Below, piece after piece: positions 1 through 12,856 of a stretch of 64,000 nt of DNA. The translations under genes and the position numbers were made by a program. The notes under the pieces were generated by a model that saw nothing but the letters and a program-made list of their open reading frames with translations, was not told the DNA's origin and searched no databases. Each line of letters begins with the position of its first letter. Position 1 is the first letter of the stretch. Origin of the DNA: Lama glama (Eukaryota); the NCBI GenBank assembly GCA_028534125.1, contig CM052817.1, forward strand, positions 40,302,001-40,366,000. The letters run 5' to 3'.

Positions 1-1389
1 CTGAATATTCATATTGATGTTTTGGATGACAGACCCACTCTGCATGTTACTATAATGCATAGGCATTCTATTACCTTTCTCAAATCTAAGAAATTCTGAA
101 TCTGGAAGCACGTCTGACCCTTGGGTTTTGATAAGGGACTGTGGGCTTGTCCTGGTATCACTGCATTTTACACCTGAGCAGGCAGAGTGCAGGGCGGACT
201 CATTGGCCCAAGATCGCAGAGCTGGTAAGGGGCAGTCAGGGCTTGCGGGAGTCTTCTTTTGATTCCTGAGCCCCGCTGGGCACCCTCAGGTGACACTATC
301 TTGAGAGGCACTGACTTACTTCCTACACAGCAGTGATCTGGGTACTGGATTCGTGGGCAGCTCTGGAGGGGTTGGATCAGGGTAGCATTGCCCACGATTG
401 GTTGAGATCTACCCTCTCAGTGACAGTGACAGAGATATGGGTGTCAATCTGCCCCCTTCTCCCGGGCTCAGCATGGTGGTAGTCAGGGCCTATTTAACAG
501 AAAATGGTAATTTTGCGCCTCTCTGCCCACAGGATCTGCCATTGCTTTATGAAAAAGCTGCCCCCTCTTCCCCTGATTGTTTCTCACTGCTCCTTTTCTC
601 CATCCTTCTCACATTTTACCCCATCACTCGCTTCTGATCTGTAACCCCCAAGGTCTGTTAAACCAGTGGGAAAGATGTACTCGTACATAATTCTGGAGTT
701 TTGTAGGTTGGATCCAGGGTCAGCTTTGTGTATAACCAGGAAGTTGCCAACAGTGAGAAGTGATTTTGGGGACACAGGCCTTACATGGCCCTCAAATTAC
801 CTTCCTCAGCTGTCCTAGCAATTGGAGCAGGGGTTCCGGGCAGGGGCTGGATACTTGAGGGTTTCATAAGCCCCTGAAATAGGTTTTGTATTTGTTGGCA
901 TTTTTCTTGATTGGATTCTCAGCAGAGCCTGTGACTTTAAAAAGGTTAAGTGCTGCTGGGCCGGAGTGAGCCTCATTAAACATGCCAGCATGTCCTAAAA
1001 GGATGAACAGTAAACGAGTGTTCATTTACGTTCTCTCGTCCATTATCCCTGTCTTGTATCTGTAGTCAATATGATCGCTTTCATGCTTTATTTAATAGAT
1101 AGGCTAATTAAGCTTTGATAGGCTGAAGGAAAGGCCTGGGAGCTTCTGGGTTCAATAGGTCTGTGTGGGCTAGGTCTCCATGGAGCCCCCCAGATGAGGG
1201 ACCCCTTTGGATTGTGGGACAACCCAAAGACAAAAAACAAAGGGTGTTTTTCACCATTTTACTCAATTCACAATTTTGCTGTGGTCTCGTCACTAGGGAA
1301 GCAGTGATGACTCCTCCAAGGGCCTTTCCCTGCCTCTACTTAGCTCTGCTTGTTAGAAGCACTCTGGGGATAAGAATCTAAGGAGGTAG

Positions 1390-1913
1390 TGCATTTCTTT
1401 TCTCTTGTTGCTGCTTCAGATAATCACAAAGTTAGTGATTTAAAGCAAAACAAATGTATAATCTTACAGTTCTATACATTAGAGGCCCACATAAGTCTCA
1501 CTACGCTAAAATCAAGGTGGCAACAGGGCTACATTCCTTTCTGGAGGCTCCAGGGGAGAATCCATTCTCTTGCCTTTTCTGGCTTCTGGAGGCTGCCTGC
1601 GTTTCTTGGCTCGTGGCCCCTTGCTCTGTCTTCAAAGCCAGGCTCTATCCTCCACCTAGTGGGTCAAGTGCTTCTCACATAGCGTCCCTCTGACCTCATT
1701 TTCTACTTCTCTTCCACTTTTAAGGACCCTTGTGATTCTATTGGGCCCACTTGGATAATTTAGGATAATCTCTTCTTGAAAGACAGCTGATTAACAACCT
1801 TAATTCCACCTGTAACCTTACTTCCCCTTTGCCATGTAATGAAACATACTCATAGGTACCAGGGACTAGGTAGTATGTGGACATCTTTAGGAGGCCGTTA
1901 TTCTGCCTACCAC
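1390..1913 (-). mobile_element. MaLR solo LTR, MLT1D-like
   Basis: The right end is the reverse complement of the MLT1D start (gtggtaggcagaataacggcc...aaagatgtccac). It carries the internal MaLR motifs 'ttacagttct', 'cttctggaggct' and 'taaggacccttgtgatt'. Confidence 0.75.
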
Positions 1914-2767
1914 CCCCAGATACACAAGAAAACTAATCTACATTCCTCCCTTTGGTTATTATAGGTACCACCTAGATAGAAAACTCAGTTGTGTATAACC
2001 TTCCTTCAAGGAGAGCTCATCCTTGTGAGAGATGTATCAAAGGGTCATGATGTCTCCAGCTCTCTGACCCTGTCCTCCTCTCCCTTGGGCAGAGGGAGCA
2101 GATGAGGCCTGCCCATCTCCCGGGCTGTGGCTTGCTAGGAATAGCCCTGGAGCTGTAGCCCTCCTAGGGACCTGCCAAAGGACATCTGCTGATGCCAGCG
2201 TTGGCCCACCTACCTCTGGCTAGTCCCTGGGGTGACATGTTAGCAAAAATTGACTGGAGGCAGTGTGGGGTCTTGAAACCACCAGATAGGCAGTTCATTG
2301 GAGAGATTCCTGGCATTTAGAGGAGAGATTCTTGGCCTGTTTGGAATATCCTTTATGATTGTGTGCAGTGTGTGAGCAGGGATGAGAGGACAGAGATGGG
2401 AAAACAGAGCAACCAACCGTAATAATAGCCACAGAAACAGGTGCAAATTTATACAAGAAAATGAAGAGAAAATGGTCATTTGACTTGTGAGTCACATAAA
2501 AATGGCAGCAAGACCTTGGGGGTAGGGTCTTGAGGGGGAAAAGGGGGCTCAAGGGGGAAGCTTTTGAGCAGGGAGGGGCTTTGTCTTGGTGAGGAGATGT
2601 TGACTAATTGCTTGGATTTGGGGCTTTTGTCGGTTTGGTTTTGGCTTCAAACACTGACTGGGAACGCATCACTTACTGTGACTGTGTGGAGCCCTGGCCT
2701 GCTTCGAATCACTGAGATTGGAGACAGGGAAGGTTGGGAGGAGATGACCAAGACAGTTTCCCAGAAG

Positions 2768-2930
2768 CAGGACCCGCTACCTAATTTCCAAGGCTCAGTG
2801 TAAAATGAAAAAACAGGACCCTTGTTCAGTGATTATTAGGACTATCTAACTGGTGATGGCAGAGTATTTAACCAAGCATGAGGCCTTGTGTTCTCACGTT
2901 GGTCACACAACCACGAGGCATGAAGGGGCC
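2768..2930 (-). mobile_element. hAT DNA transposon relic, MER45A-like
   Basis: 'gctcagtgtaaaatgaaaa...cccttgttca' resembles the reverse complement of the MER45A consensus. Confidence 0.55.
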
Positions 2931-4033
2931 ACCACCCAGGGTAACGTTCCTTTTGTGTGTCCTTGGCACCCTCTCCTGCCACAATTGATGTTCTAATCCT
3001 GTTTCCCAAGGAATTGCCAGGACCATGGGCCTTGGCCCTGAGGACTTACTTTCTTATCATGGAACTTGTCTTGATTGCACTAGATATTTGATGCTACTTG
3101 ACAGGTACTTGGAGGCAGGAAGAGAGGTGTGAGGAAGAGAAACCTGGGACTCTTCTGGTGATGTGACCTCAGACAAGCAACTTAGATTCTCCCCATCCCA
3201 GTTCTTCACCTACATTGTTACTGACTCCAAAGTGACAAAGTGAGGCTCATTGGTTAAGGTGATCTGAGAGGGAGCCAGGACTGTGCCTGGCATGTAGCAG
3301 TTCAAAGGAGGACCCTCCAGCCCCCCACCCATCTAGCCAGTCTCTGGCCAGGGCTAGTGGTCACAGAGTCTGCAGAAGAGCATGGGCACAGATGCTGAGG
3401 ACAAACCCACTCAGCCTGGCTGACCTGTTGTCTTGCCCCGCCACTTTCCTTTATCTGCCCTCAACACACACATACCCACACCTACACCCATGGAGACACT
3501 TTCCTATGCCGGACCTGGGAGCCACTGAGCCAGTGACCCGAGCCTCCACAGAATCAGCCTGCCAGAGTCCATCCCTTGTGGCAGCTCCCATTGTGAAGCT
3601 GGAAGGAAAGAGACAATTGTGGCCCAGTGAATTGCCAGAGGGCCACACACTCATCCTAACCAGTGCTTGGCACCTCTTTCCCAGCAGTCTGTTCCCCGGC
3701 ACGGCTGGCAAGAGGCAGAAGCAATGGCTGGATGTTTCATCTTGGCTGCCCACCTAGCTAGCCCTGGCGGAGCCCGAGGTGCTAGCTGTGTGTGTGTGTT
3801 GGGGGGGGGGTGTTGCGGGGTGGGGGTGGGGGAGGAGGGCGGCCCAGGGTCCGAACTCCTTGGCCTAGAGAATCTGGAATGTGACAGAGGAAATATCCTG
3901 CTGCTGCTGCAGAGAGCTGGCCATGGAGAGACCAGGGCCGCCTGGGCCTCCAGGGGTGGTGGGGCACCTCTAACGTTTTGCTGATGGTGGAATGGCAAAT
4001 GCCTCTCTTTTCAAAGCTGATAGCCCTGCTGTT

Positions 4034-4135
4034 TGTTTGTTTGTTTGAGGCACTGAGGATTGAACCCAGGACCTCATGCATGCTAAGCATGTGCTTTACC
4101 ACTGAACTATGTATACCCCACCCCCCCCACTCTGC
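4034..4135 (-). mobile_element. tRNA-Ala-derived SINE (camelid Vic-1-like)
   Basis: The reverse complement has a tRNA-Ala head (A-box ...agttcagtggt, anticodon arm gcttagcatg, B-box ggttcaatcc) and an (AAAC)n tail. The 14-bp TSD is at 4020-4033 / 4136-4149. Confidence 0.85.
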
Positions 4136-4795
4136 ATAGCCCCACTGTTAACTGGAATCCTGGGAGGACAGAGTGGGTGGAGAAGTGAGCAGGGTGGGAG
4201 AGACGCAGAATAGGAAGACTCTGGGTTAACAGTTTCATCAGGCAACATACTCCTTTTACCAACTGGGGGAAGCAGAGAGTGGAGGGGGAGCCCGAGAGCT
4301 GGGGCTACTCTTTCTTTCTGAAGAATTTCATTTTCCATCTTGTAAGTTGAGTAATACTTGTTCATTGTAGACAGCCTAGAAAATACAAGCATGCAAAAGA
4401 AAAAATATCACTTGTAGCCCCCTCTCTATGTAGAGATGCCTATTGTTACCATTTTGGGCTGTATCCTTCTAGACTTTTTTCTCTGTGCATAACTGTAGTC
4501 TCGCTTTCTGCAGTTCTACTACACTCTTGTTTTGTTACCAGCTTTGGTCACTTGTTGACACATCATAGACGTACTTCATGCCCAGAGAGATGTGGATCGT
4601 GGATTCTGTAACAGCAGTGGAGTATTGCAGAGTTTGGATGGACTTAACCCCCTGTTGTTGGAAACTTAAGTTGTTCTCTTCCTGAAGTGGCTGCTCTTAT
4701 CAGCAGTGCCCCATTCTAGTAGCTTCATCTTCACACACGTCCTTACCTGTTTCTGCGAAGACATTTCTAGATGTGTTTCCATAGGACACATTTCT

Positions 4796-5033
4796 TTTTA
4801 AAATTATTTATTTACTTAATTGATGCATAGTTTGTTTACGATATTGTGTTAGTTTCAGGTGTACAGCAAAGTGATTCAGTTATATGTGTATTTTTGAGAT
4901 TCTTTTCCATTATAGTTATTACAAGATATTGAATATAGTTCCCTGTGCTATACAGTAAGTCTTTGTTGCTTATTTAGTTCATGTAAAATAGTTGGTGTCT
5001 GTTAATCCCATATTTCTAATTTATCCTCCCCCC
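4796..5033 (-). mobile_element. L1 3' end, 5'-truncated
   Basis: Typical artiodactyl L1 3'UTR (tgtacagcaaagtgattcag, ttccctgtgctatacagt). The 19-bp TSD ttccatagga(ca/tg)catttct is at 4777-4795 / 5034-5052. Confidence 0.85.
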
Positions 5034-5076
5034 TTCCATAGGATGCATTTCTATGTGCATTTTTAAGGCTTTAGAC

Positions 5077-5281
5077 CAGTGGTTCTCAGCCAGGGGTGAC
5101 ACTCCCTGGCAAGGAGCATTTGGCAATGTCTGGAGACATTTTTGGATGTCACAGCTGGAGGGGAGGTTGCTACTAGTATCGAGTGGATGGAAACCAGAGT
5201 ACTACCAAACATTCTACAATTACAGGACAGCCCCCTTATCAAGTCCGAAACGTTAATTAACACCAAGGCTGAGAAACTCTG
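5077..5281 (+). mobile_element. MER20 (hAT-Charlie) DNA transposon
   Basis: The termini are cagtggttctca...tgagaaactctg. The internal 'catttggcaatgtctggagacatttttgg' and 'acaggacagcccc' match MER20. Confidence 0.85.
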
Positions 5282-5304
5282 TTTTGAACACATGGATTTT
5301 TCCC

Positions 5305-5830
5305 ACTAGCTTTATTGAGATAGAACTGACACATAACATTGTGTAAGTTTAAGGTTTTAAACGTGTTGATTGGATCCATTTATATCTTGCGAAATGATCA
5401 CCACCACAGCATCAGCTAACACTTCCATCCTGTCGCATAGTTAGCATTTCTTTTTTATGGTGAGAACTTTTAAGAGCTACTCTCTTGGCAACTTTCGAGT
5501 ATATAATACAGTATTATTAGCATAATCACCATCCTGTGCATGAGGTCCCCAGAATTTGCTAATCTTATAACAAGATTATATGTAACCCTTTGACCAACAT
5601 CTTCCCATCTACACCACCAAACCCTGGTAACCACCACACCCTGGTAACCACCACACTCTCTGTTTCTCTGATTTTGAGGTTTTTAGATTCCACGTATATG
5701 TGAGGTCGGACACTGTTTGTCTTTCTCTTTCTTACTTCACTTAGTGTGATGCCCTCGGTGTTCATCCAAGTTGTTGCAAACAACAGGATTTCCTTCTTTC
5801 TCATGGCTGGGTAATATTCCATCACACACA
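5305..5830 (-). mobile_element. Old L1 (L1MA-type) 3' end
   Basis: Motifs include 'ctttattgagata', 'ctactctcttggcaacttt', 'cttacttcacttag' and 'atggctgggtaatattccat'. It contains a 17-bp tandem duplication at 5621-5654. Confidence 0.8.
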
Positions 5831-6509
5831 CATGTGGATATTTTTATTCTTGGTAATATTTGTGGTGCCAGAACTTCCAAGCTTCTGAGAAAAACAAGGT
5901 CAAGGTTTTCAGTTTAATTGGCGCTCGATCCAAACCAGCCCAATCCCATCCTGTCTTCCCTTTGCAAAAGGATTTGAGTGCTCATGCTGTTTTGGAGTAG
6001 GGAAGTGACTCATGCAAACCACTTGGAGCCTGCCATTGCATCCAGGAGAGAAAGAAGGGCAGGATGCCCTGGGAGGAGATGCAGAAGAGAGAGAGAGGCA
6101 GAGAGAGAAGGAATGGGGAAGGGGGCGGTGCAGCTTGGACAATGCCATCCTTGTTGCGATGAAAAGAGGATTGTATGTATTCTTTAGGGACCTGAAGGCC
6201 AGTTCCGGGCGCTGGGGACCCGGGCAGGGAGAACGCATGCCACTGCAGAGTGCGGGAGGAGGGAGCAGATCAGAAAGCCTCTATTGTCTCCCCTGAAGCT
6301 GGCATAGGAGTGCAAAGTCCTGTGTCCTGGGGTGCTGGCCAGGGCCCACCCATCGGGAAGGGAAAATATCACTGCTGACCACACCGTATGTCCCAACACT
6401 GCGAGACCTGAGATGTTATCCAAGCTATAAAATCTTCTTCTCAGGCAAACCTGTGACACTCATTGAAACCAACTACTTCATTTATTCATCTTTGGAATAT
6501 GTTACAATC

Positions 6510-6755
6510 ATCCATTCATAACACAAATATTTTCTGAGCACCTACTAAATGCCAGGCACCGTGAGAGGCAGTGAATGAAATAGACACAGCCCCTGTCCTC
6601 CTGGAGCATAGAACCTCCCAACAGTTGTCAGGCAGTGTAAGTGCTTTGAATAGGAATGTACAGGCTACTGTGGAGCCCAGGGTGGGAGCACCCCATCTAA
6701 TGGGGACGTGGGGGTACATGAAGGGCAGCTGGTGTCAGGGAAGCTTCTCATCAGA
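6510..6755 (-). mobile_element. L2 3' end, interrupted by an L1
   Basis: 'cattcataacacaaatattttctgagcacctactaaatgccaggcac' is the reverse complement of the L2 3' terminus. Confidence 0.65.
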
Positions 6756-6765
6756 AGTGGTATCT

Positions 6766-6974
6766 TGGTAGATACAGAGGACAGAGTAGTGGTCACCAGA
6801 GGGAAAGGATAGAGCGGGGGAGGGTAAGATGTGTAAAGGGGGTTAACTGTGTGATGATGGATGGAAACACTTTGGGCGGTAAGCACACTGTAGTGTGGTT
6901 GTAACATATGAAACATATACAGTGTTATAAACCAGTGCTACCTCAATAAAAAACAAATGTAAAAAAAATTACAA
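6766..6974 (+). mobile_element. L1 3' end with A-tail
   Basis: 'agagtagtggtcaccagaggg...cctcaataaaaaa' is followed by an A-rich tail. The degenerate TSD is agaagtggtatc / agaagtgatgtc. Confidence 0.7.
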
Positions 6975-7157
6975 AGAAGTGATGTCCAAGCCAAGAACTG
7001 AAGGACCAAGTGGAGCTGGCCATAAGCAGAGGAATGTAGACTTTTCTCTGGAAGGCTTTGAAAATGCAAAATGTTCTGGTCTCCCAAAGGCCATTTCCAT
7101 GCGGTCCCCCACGAAGAAGTGCAATTGGACTAAATATGCCTTTAAAAATCAAGGTCC

Positions 7158-7213
7158 TTTTTTTTAAAAAAATTATTCTTTATTGAAGTATAGTTGATTT
7201 ACAATGTTGTGTT
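7158..7213 (-). mobile_element. Extremely 5'-truncated L1 (~56 bp)
   Basis: A poly-T run plus 'tttattgaagtatagttgatttacaatgttgtgtt'. The perfect 10-bp TSD atcaaggtcc is at 7148-7157 / 7214-7223. Confidence 0.85.
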
Positions 7214-7929
7214 ATCAAGGTCCATATTATTCATCTTTTTATCATTATGAATATTTCCATCATATAGAAAAGGGAATGGAATAACATGGCAAACACCTTC
7301 ACTGCCCCCACCCTGGTCCAAGGCACCGTGCATGATTCTCCCCCTGTAGCATCTCCCAGTTGCTGCCCTTGCCCCCTAGTCCAATCTCAACACAGCATCC
7401 AGTGTGGTCCTGTCAACATGGAGCTCTCATAGGCCTCTCTTCTGCTCAAAACCCTCCTGCAGCCCCCATCTCGCTCAGTCTGAGTGACAGTCCTGCCTGA
7501 GGCCCCGCCTGCCCTGTCACCGCTCTGAGCTCATTTCTGTTCTGTTCCCCTGGGCCTCCTTGCCCTTTCACAAGCACAGCAGGCCGGTCCCTTGAGAGGC
7601 TGTTCCCTCTGCCCTATGATCACTGTGGGTGGGTGAGATCTCTAAGAAATTCAGTAGTTTTCTCCCTATACCCTGGAAGTATAGTAAGAGCAGTTGAGGA
7701 GCTGTGAACACTGGTGGAACAGGCTCTCAGCCACACTTCTTCAACCTTTGGTGCTGTCAGGCAAATAGAGTTAGTGAGAAGAAAGGAGATAAGAATGAGA
7801 AAATAATGTGGAGAAAAATGACACCAATATTCTCTTTTATATTTGGATGTGATAGGAAGTTGACAGTAAGGGTATAGATGAGGGAAGTAAACAAATGCAT
7901 TTCAGTTAGGTATTTTTCTGAGCATAATT

Positions 7930-8190
7930 TTGGTTTTTGTAACTATTTTGATATAATTTAAAATATATAGAAAGTTTGCAAACATAGTACAAGGGGCTCC
8001 TGTGTGCCATTTACCCAGATTAATCAGATGTGTACATTTTGCCTCCCTCCCTCGTCTCTCCCATGACACATACGTATAAATACATATTTTTAAAAACCGT
8101 TCAAGAGTAAGCTGGAGATGTTGGGCCCCTTTACCATTGAATACTTCCATGTGTATTTTCTAAGAACAAGGATGTTCTCTTATGTAACTA
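7930..8190 (-). mobile_element. Old L1 (L1MC/ME-type) 3' fragment
   Basis: The motifs 'tataatttaaaatatatagaaagtttgcaa' and 'tattttctaagaacaaggatgttctctt' are typical of old L1 3' ends. Confidence 0.55.
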
Positions 8191-9569
8191 TTTATTTCTG
8201 GGCATTTTAAAATCACTTTTGCAGTATTTTCAAGTGACTTCCTACCACAGGATATCCTTTACCAAAAAAACATGCACCAAAATGGGTTGAACTGCTGGAC
8301 TTGTCCAGTCTTACCCAGCGGGATACTGAAACACAGGTTAAGGCTCACAGACTTTCTAAATTCTATTGATTTTATTTCAGTCTGGGAAAAAAAAAATCTA
8401 ATCCTCCATAAAGTGGTGAAACATTTATAGGCCTTGGAAAACACTGCCTACTTGGCTAATCTCCTTTTCCCTTAATAGTCTGCTTCTATGCAATGGTATT
8501 TATTAATTTATTAACCATCACAATCCTATTAAGAGACAGTGTTGGAGCTGGAAGGAGTTTTAGAGACTCTTCCAGCCCTACTTTACAGCGACGCACACAG
8601 GGAACCAGGAAGACGTTGCCCTGACAGTCTCAGGGCAGTGCTTGGGACCAGAGACCAAAGATCCTCACTCAAGACTCGGAAGGCTCTTCGGAGTCAGTCT
8701 AGTGAGTGAGGGGAGAGCCGTGGGGCTCTTTGGAACCAACTGAGATCCAGTGATCTCAGTTGTGAGGAGCGAGGAGAGCCAGACCCCAGCTTCCAGCCCC
8801 TGTCAGAGAGCCTGACTTTCTCCTTTGTTTCATGTATTGAGCTTCTGCATAAGATTTTCTGTGAAGAAAAGGCCATACGACTTAAAAAAAAAAATGTCTA
8901 GTGAAATTTAAAGATGGACTCATTATAACCCAGCAAGTTGATATCAGAGCTGGGGTGAGGACCTGAGCCTCGCTCCATTCAGAGCATGTCCGGTTTCCCC
9001 TCCACCCTACACAGCCTCCACTCAGCAATCTTGCTTTACCTCTTCCTTTCAAAGGAATAATCATTGCCCTCGGGCAGCAAGGAGCAAAACATTTTTAAAA
9101 AGGATGTCATCTTATCCAAGGATGACTTCATTTCCCCAAAGCCCTCTCCACTGTGCATTCCTCTTCCACATGTACCTTTCTGCTCACGCTGACCAAGACT
9201 CCCACGACATGCTTCTCGAGACAGGACGTGAATCTCACTCCCCCAGAATGTCAGCGTGCTTTCATAATCATCCATTTCATGGCAGAGAACTCATGTAGCT
9301 ACTGCTCTGGTTTAGAATGCCCAAACCCCCATCCTTTGCAAGTCTTACCTTCACCTTTCATCAGCTAGCTGTATAAAGGTCAACATCTTATTTTTCATGA
9401 CCTTCCTCTTCCTCATTATTGGTCAGGCTTTTCTTTTTTACCTCACAGAGAACATTATTCTTTATTTGAATTGTTATTCTAATAGCTGTTTCAGGCCAGT
9501 GTTCTGTTTCCTCCGTCAGGCAGTCGTGTTTCTGACTTGCCAGGCCACTTCCATCCGCAGTGGGCTTCA

Positions 9570-9770
9570 GTGTCCATCAGACGGAGGCTCCTGGCTTTGC
9601 TGTGATTAACTAGCACATGTCCTTGAGCAAGTCTTAAGTCTCCATTTTCTCATCTGTAAATGGGGCTGATAATGATACTATTTAGTTTATTGTCGTATTA
9701 TACTATAATTCATAAAAAGTACTTAGAAAATCATGCGGTATGTAATGAGTGTTCACTAGTTATTATTTTT
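9570..9770 (+). mobile_element. MIR SINE
   Basis: MIR core 'ccttgagcaagtc...ttctcatctgtaaatgggg'. Confidence 0.65.
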
Positions 9771-9823
9771 ATATAGGAACAATTTTTGCTTAATTTCAGC
9801 CAAGTAAATGAGAAAGGTCTAAT

Positions 9824-10055
9824 ATTTATTTATTTATTTATTTATTTATTTTGAAGTACCATCAGTTACAATGTGTCAGTTTCTTGTGTGCAGCACAATG
9901 TCCCAGTCATGCGTATACATGTATTTGTTTTCATATTTTTTCATTAAAGGTTATTACAAGATATTGAGCATAGTTCCCTGTGCTATACAGCAGAAACTTT
10001 TCAAAAGATCTATTTTTATATATAGTGGCTAACACTTATAAATCTCAAACTCCCA
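9824..10055 (-). mobile_element. L1 3' end with (TTTA)n tail
   Basis: L1 3'UTR motif 'ttccctgtgctatacag'. The perfect 11-bp TSD aaaggtctaat is at 9813-9823 / 10056-10066. Confidence 0.85.
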
Positions 10056-11489
10056 AAAGGTCTAATCTTTAAAATCCAGGGCTTTTTTTTTTTTCTTGTA
10101 AGATTAGCAATTGAATCATATGATGTACCTAGAATGATTTTTCCCTTCAGAAAGTGAACCATGGGAGAACGTTTCTGAGGCACACGGTGAGTAACCTGAT
10201 GGAACCAGGGTTTCTCTGCAGCCACGCAGCATGTGGACTGACAGCTTGATCATTGCTGCTAACATATTCCTGGTAAATTCCATCGTTACCTTTGATGTGG
10301 GTTTTCAGAGTGATGTTCCCTTCCATGGATCTTTAGTTTTTAGTACCTATCAAAGAATGAAGAGGAAAAGAAAATGAATGTACCGAAGGCTACTTTTCTA
10401 AGAAGAGGGAGAGAGAATTTTCATGCTGCAGAGCGAGGACTGGGAACCTAGGTGAAGCCTTGCCATCTCCCTGAGTTGAGGATGTGGGGCTGGAAGTTCG
10501 GGGTGGGGGTGGGAGGAGGTGTGGCTGGAGTTCACAGGGAAGAGTACCAAAGAGAAGAGAGTTGCCCAGAGGGAGAGAGCTCCAGAGATGAGCTGGGAGG
10601 GCTCTCCGAGCTTTCTAGCTGAGTTAGTGCATCCATGTGAGGAAAGGATCTCAGATCAGAGAGAGCACCACCCAAAAGGAGCAGAGGGAACAACCCCCGG
10701 AGCTCACACAGGGCTGGGAGTACGTTGTGTTCCCACCAGCCACAGTGGGAGCCCACGCAATGTAACATTGGGTACAGTGCTGAGGGGGATATTGCCTCGT
10801 TAGTGGGGTATAATTAGCCCTAGACTAAAGGTTACTCTAGTCCCACCTAACAAAGCTGAAAAAGGAAGCCTTAGGTTTAGAGTTTCTGTTCCATAAGATG
10901 AAAAGAGTTCTGGAGATTGGTTGCACAACAGTGTGAATGTACTTAGCACTACTGAACTGTTACTGAGATGGTAATTTTTATGTTATGTGTATTTCACTAT
11001 AGCTAAAAATAAAATAGCCCACACAAAAAAGGAGCCTCAAAAAGACTATTTCCAAGTAACGTAACCTCATCCTAGAACAAAGCTCAAAAATATTTAGAGA
11101 AACACAGAAATGTCTAGCACCCACCAAGGCAGTAGTTAGAATGTACTTGGCGGGGCTAGGCTTTGAACCCAGACCCCCTGACTCCAAAGCCCATACTCTG
11201 AACCCCAGGGAGGTGGCACCTCCACAGAAACAGGACACGTCCCAGCAGAGGGGTGGGGAGACTGCACGCAGAGACTACGGAACGTCACGATAAACACTGC
11301 GACCTGATGCTGGCTTTCTGTTGTTCTCCTTCCTATGCAGCTGGGGGACACTGAGGCCAGAGGCGCGAGTGGTCTGCCCAGGGCATAGCTTTGGGGTTCA
11401 GAAAAGTATTACATCAAAAGTGTAAATATGTCAATAAGTATAAAAGAAGTTTTCTAATTCTAAAAAATCTTTAAAAGATAGTGGCTGTT

Positions 11490-11581
11490 GAGGGGCAGGG
11501 TGTAGCTCAGTGGTAGAGCGTGTGCTTAGCATGCATGAGGTCCTGGGTTCAATCCCCAGAACCTCCATTAAAAAAAAAAAA
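11490..11581 (+). mobile_element. tRNA-Ala-derived SINE (Vic-1-like)
   Basis: gggtgtagctcagtggtagagcgtgtgcttagcatgcatgaggtcctgggttcaatcccc followed by poly(A), with intact A and B boxes. The degenerate TSD is aaaagatagtggctgtt / aaaggacagtgattatt. Confidence 0.9.
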
Positions 11582-11994
11582 GGACAGTGATTATTTAAAG
11601 CAAAAATAATAACAATGTATTTTGGAGTTTCAAACATACATATAAGTAAAATATATTAAAATAATTGCACAAAGACCAAGAAGAAGGAAATGAAATAGAC
11701 TGTTGTAAGATTCTTATATGATATGTGAAGTGGTATAATATTACTTGAAGGTAGATGATGATAAGTTAAAGATACACGTGCACTATTAACCCTCAATCAA
11801 CCACTAAAGAGAACAAAACAGTTAACACTATTCAACCAACAAAGGAGATGAAACAGAATCATGAAAAATTCTCAAGTAATTCAAAGAAGGCAGAAAAAGA
11901 TGAAAAAACAAAGAACAGTTAGACAAAAAGAAAATAAACAGCAAAGTGGTAGATTTAACTGACCATAATAGCACCAAACATTAATGACCTAAAG

Positions 11995-12183
11995 CAGGCT
12001 GTCCAATAGAACTTTCTGTGATGATCGGCATGTTCTTTATCTGTCTTCTCTGATCCCTAGTCACACATGGTTATGGGGCACTGGAAGTATAGCTTGTGAA
12101 CCAGATTTTACCTTTCATTAAATTTTAATTAATTTAAATGAATAAAATAGCCACATGTGGCTATGACCTGTTGGACAGCATAG
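11995..12183. mobile_element. MER3-like hAT DNA transposon
   Basis: Inverted termini gctgtccaa...ttggacagc, with internal 'tagaactttctgtgatgat' and 'agccacatgtggcta'. Confidence 0.75.
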
Positions 12184-12467
12184 TTATAAATACCCCAGTG
12201 AAAAGACAAAGATTGTTAGATTGGTTAAACAATGAGGCCCATCTATATGCTGGCAAAAGAAGCTCTTCTTTAAATATAGAGACAAAAATAGAATAAAAGG
12301 GAGAGTATGGAAAAAATATATCATGCAAACATTAATCAATAAAGGCTGATATATTTATATCAAAGTAGATATCAAGAGGACATAACTCCTCGGAAGACAA
12401 AAATTTTATTTAGTCATTCTTGTTATTACTTTGTTGCTAGTGGGGGTGGCTGAGGAAAGAAAGATAA

Positions 12468-12856
12468 TGTATTAGTTTGCTAGGGTTGCTATAACAAAAT
12501 ACCACACACTGAGTGCCCTAAATGACAGAAGTTTATTTTCTCTTATTTCTAGAGGCTAGAAATCTAGGATCCAGGAGCCAGCAGGGTTAGTTTCTTCTGA
12601 GGCCTCTCCCCTGGGCTTGCAGACAGCCGCCCTCTTGCTGCCTTTTCACACGGTCACCCCTCTGTGCACACACACCCCTCTGTTCCTCTCACAAGGACAC
12701 CAGTTAAATTAGATCAAGGCCCACCATAATGGCCCCATTTTAACTTAATCACCCCTTGAAGGCCGCATCTCCAAATGCAGTCATATGCTGAGGTAATAGT
12801 GGTTAGGGCCTCGACATATGAATTTTGGGGTGGAGGGCACAATTCAGCCCATAAGA
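12468..12856 (-). mobile_element. MaLR solo LTR (MLT1A/B/C group)
   Basis: It starts tgtattagtttgctagggttgctataacaaaataccac and ends 'catatgaattttgggg...cacaattcagcccataa'. Confidence 0.85.

Larger units (their letters stand above)
10430..12400 (+). mobile_element. Fragmented old L1 (5'UTR-like part, then inter-ORF/ORF2-start-like part) hosting younger insertions
   Basis: Old L1M 5'-region motifs ('ctcacacagggctggg', 'gttcccaccagcca', 'ataattagccctagactaa') are followed by A-rich L1-like sequence. It is interrupted by an L1MB-type 3' end (~10873-11028), a SINE and a MER3. Confidence 0.55.

Noticed and set aside
11495..11567. Apparent tRNA-Ala(AGC) gene
   Set aside because: It is followed by poly(A) rather than a T-run terminator, is flanked by a TSD, has a disrupted acceptor stem and has five related copies in the window, so it is a SINE.
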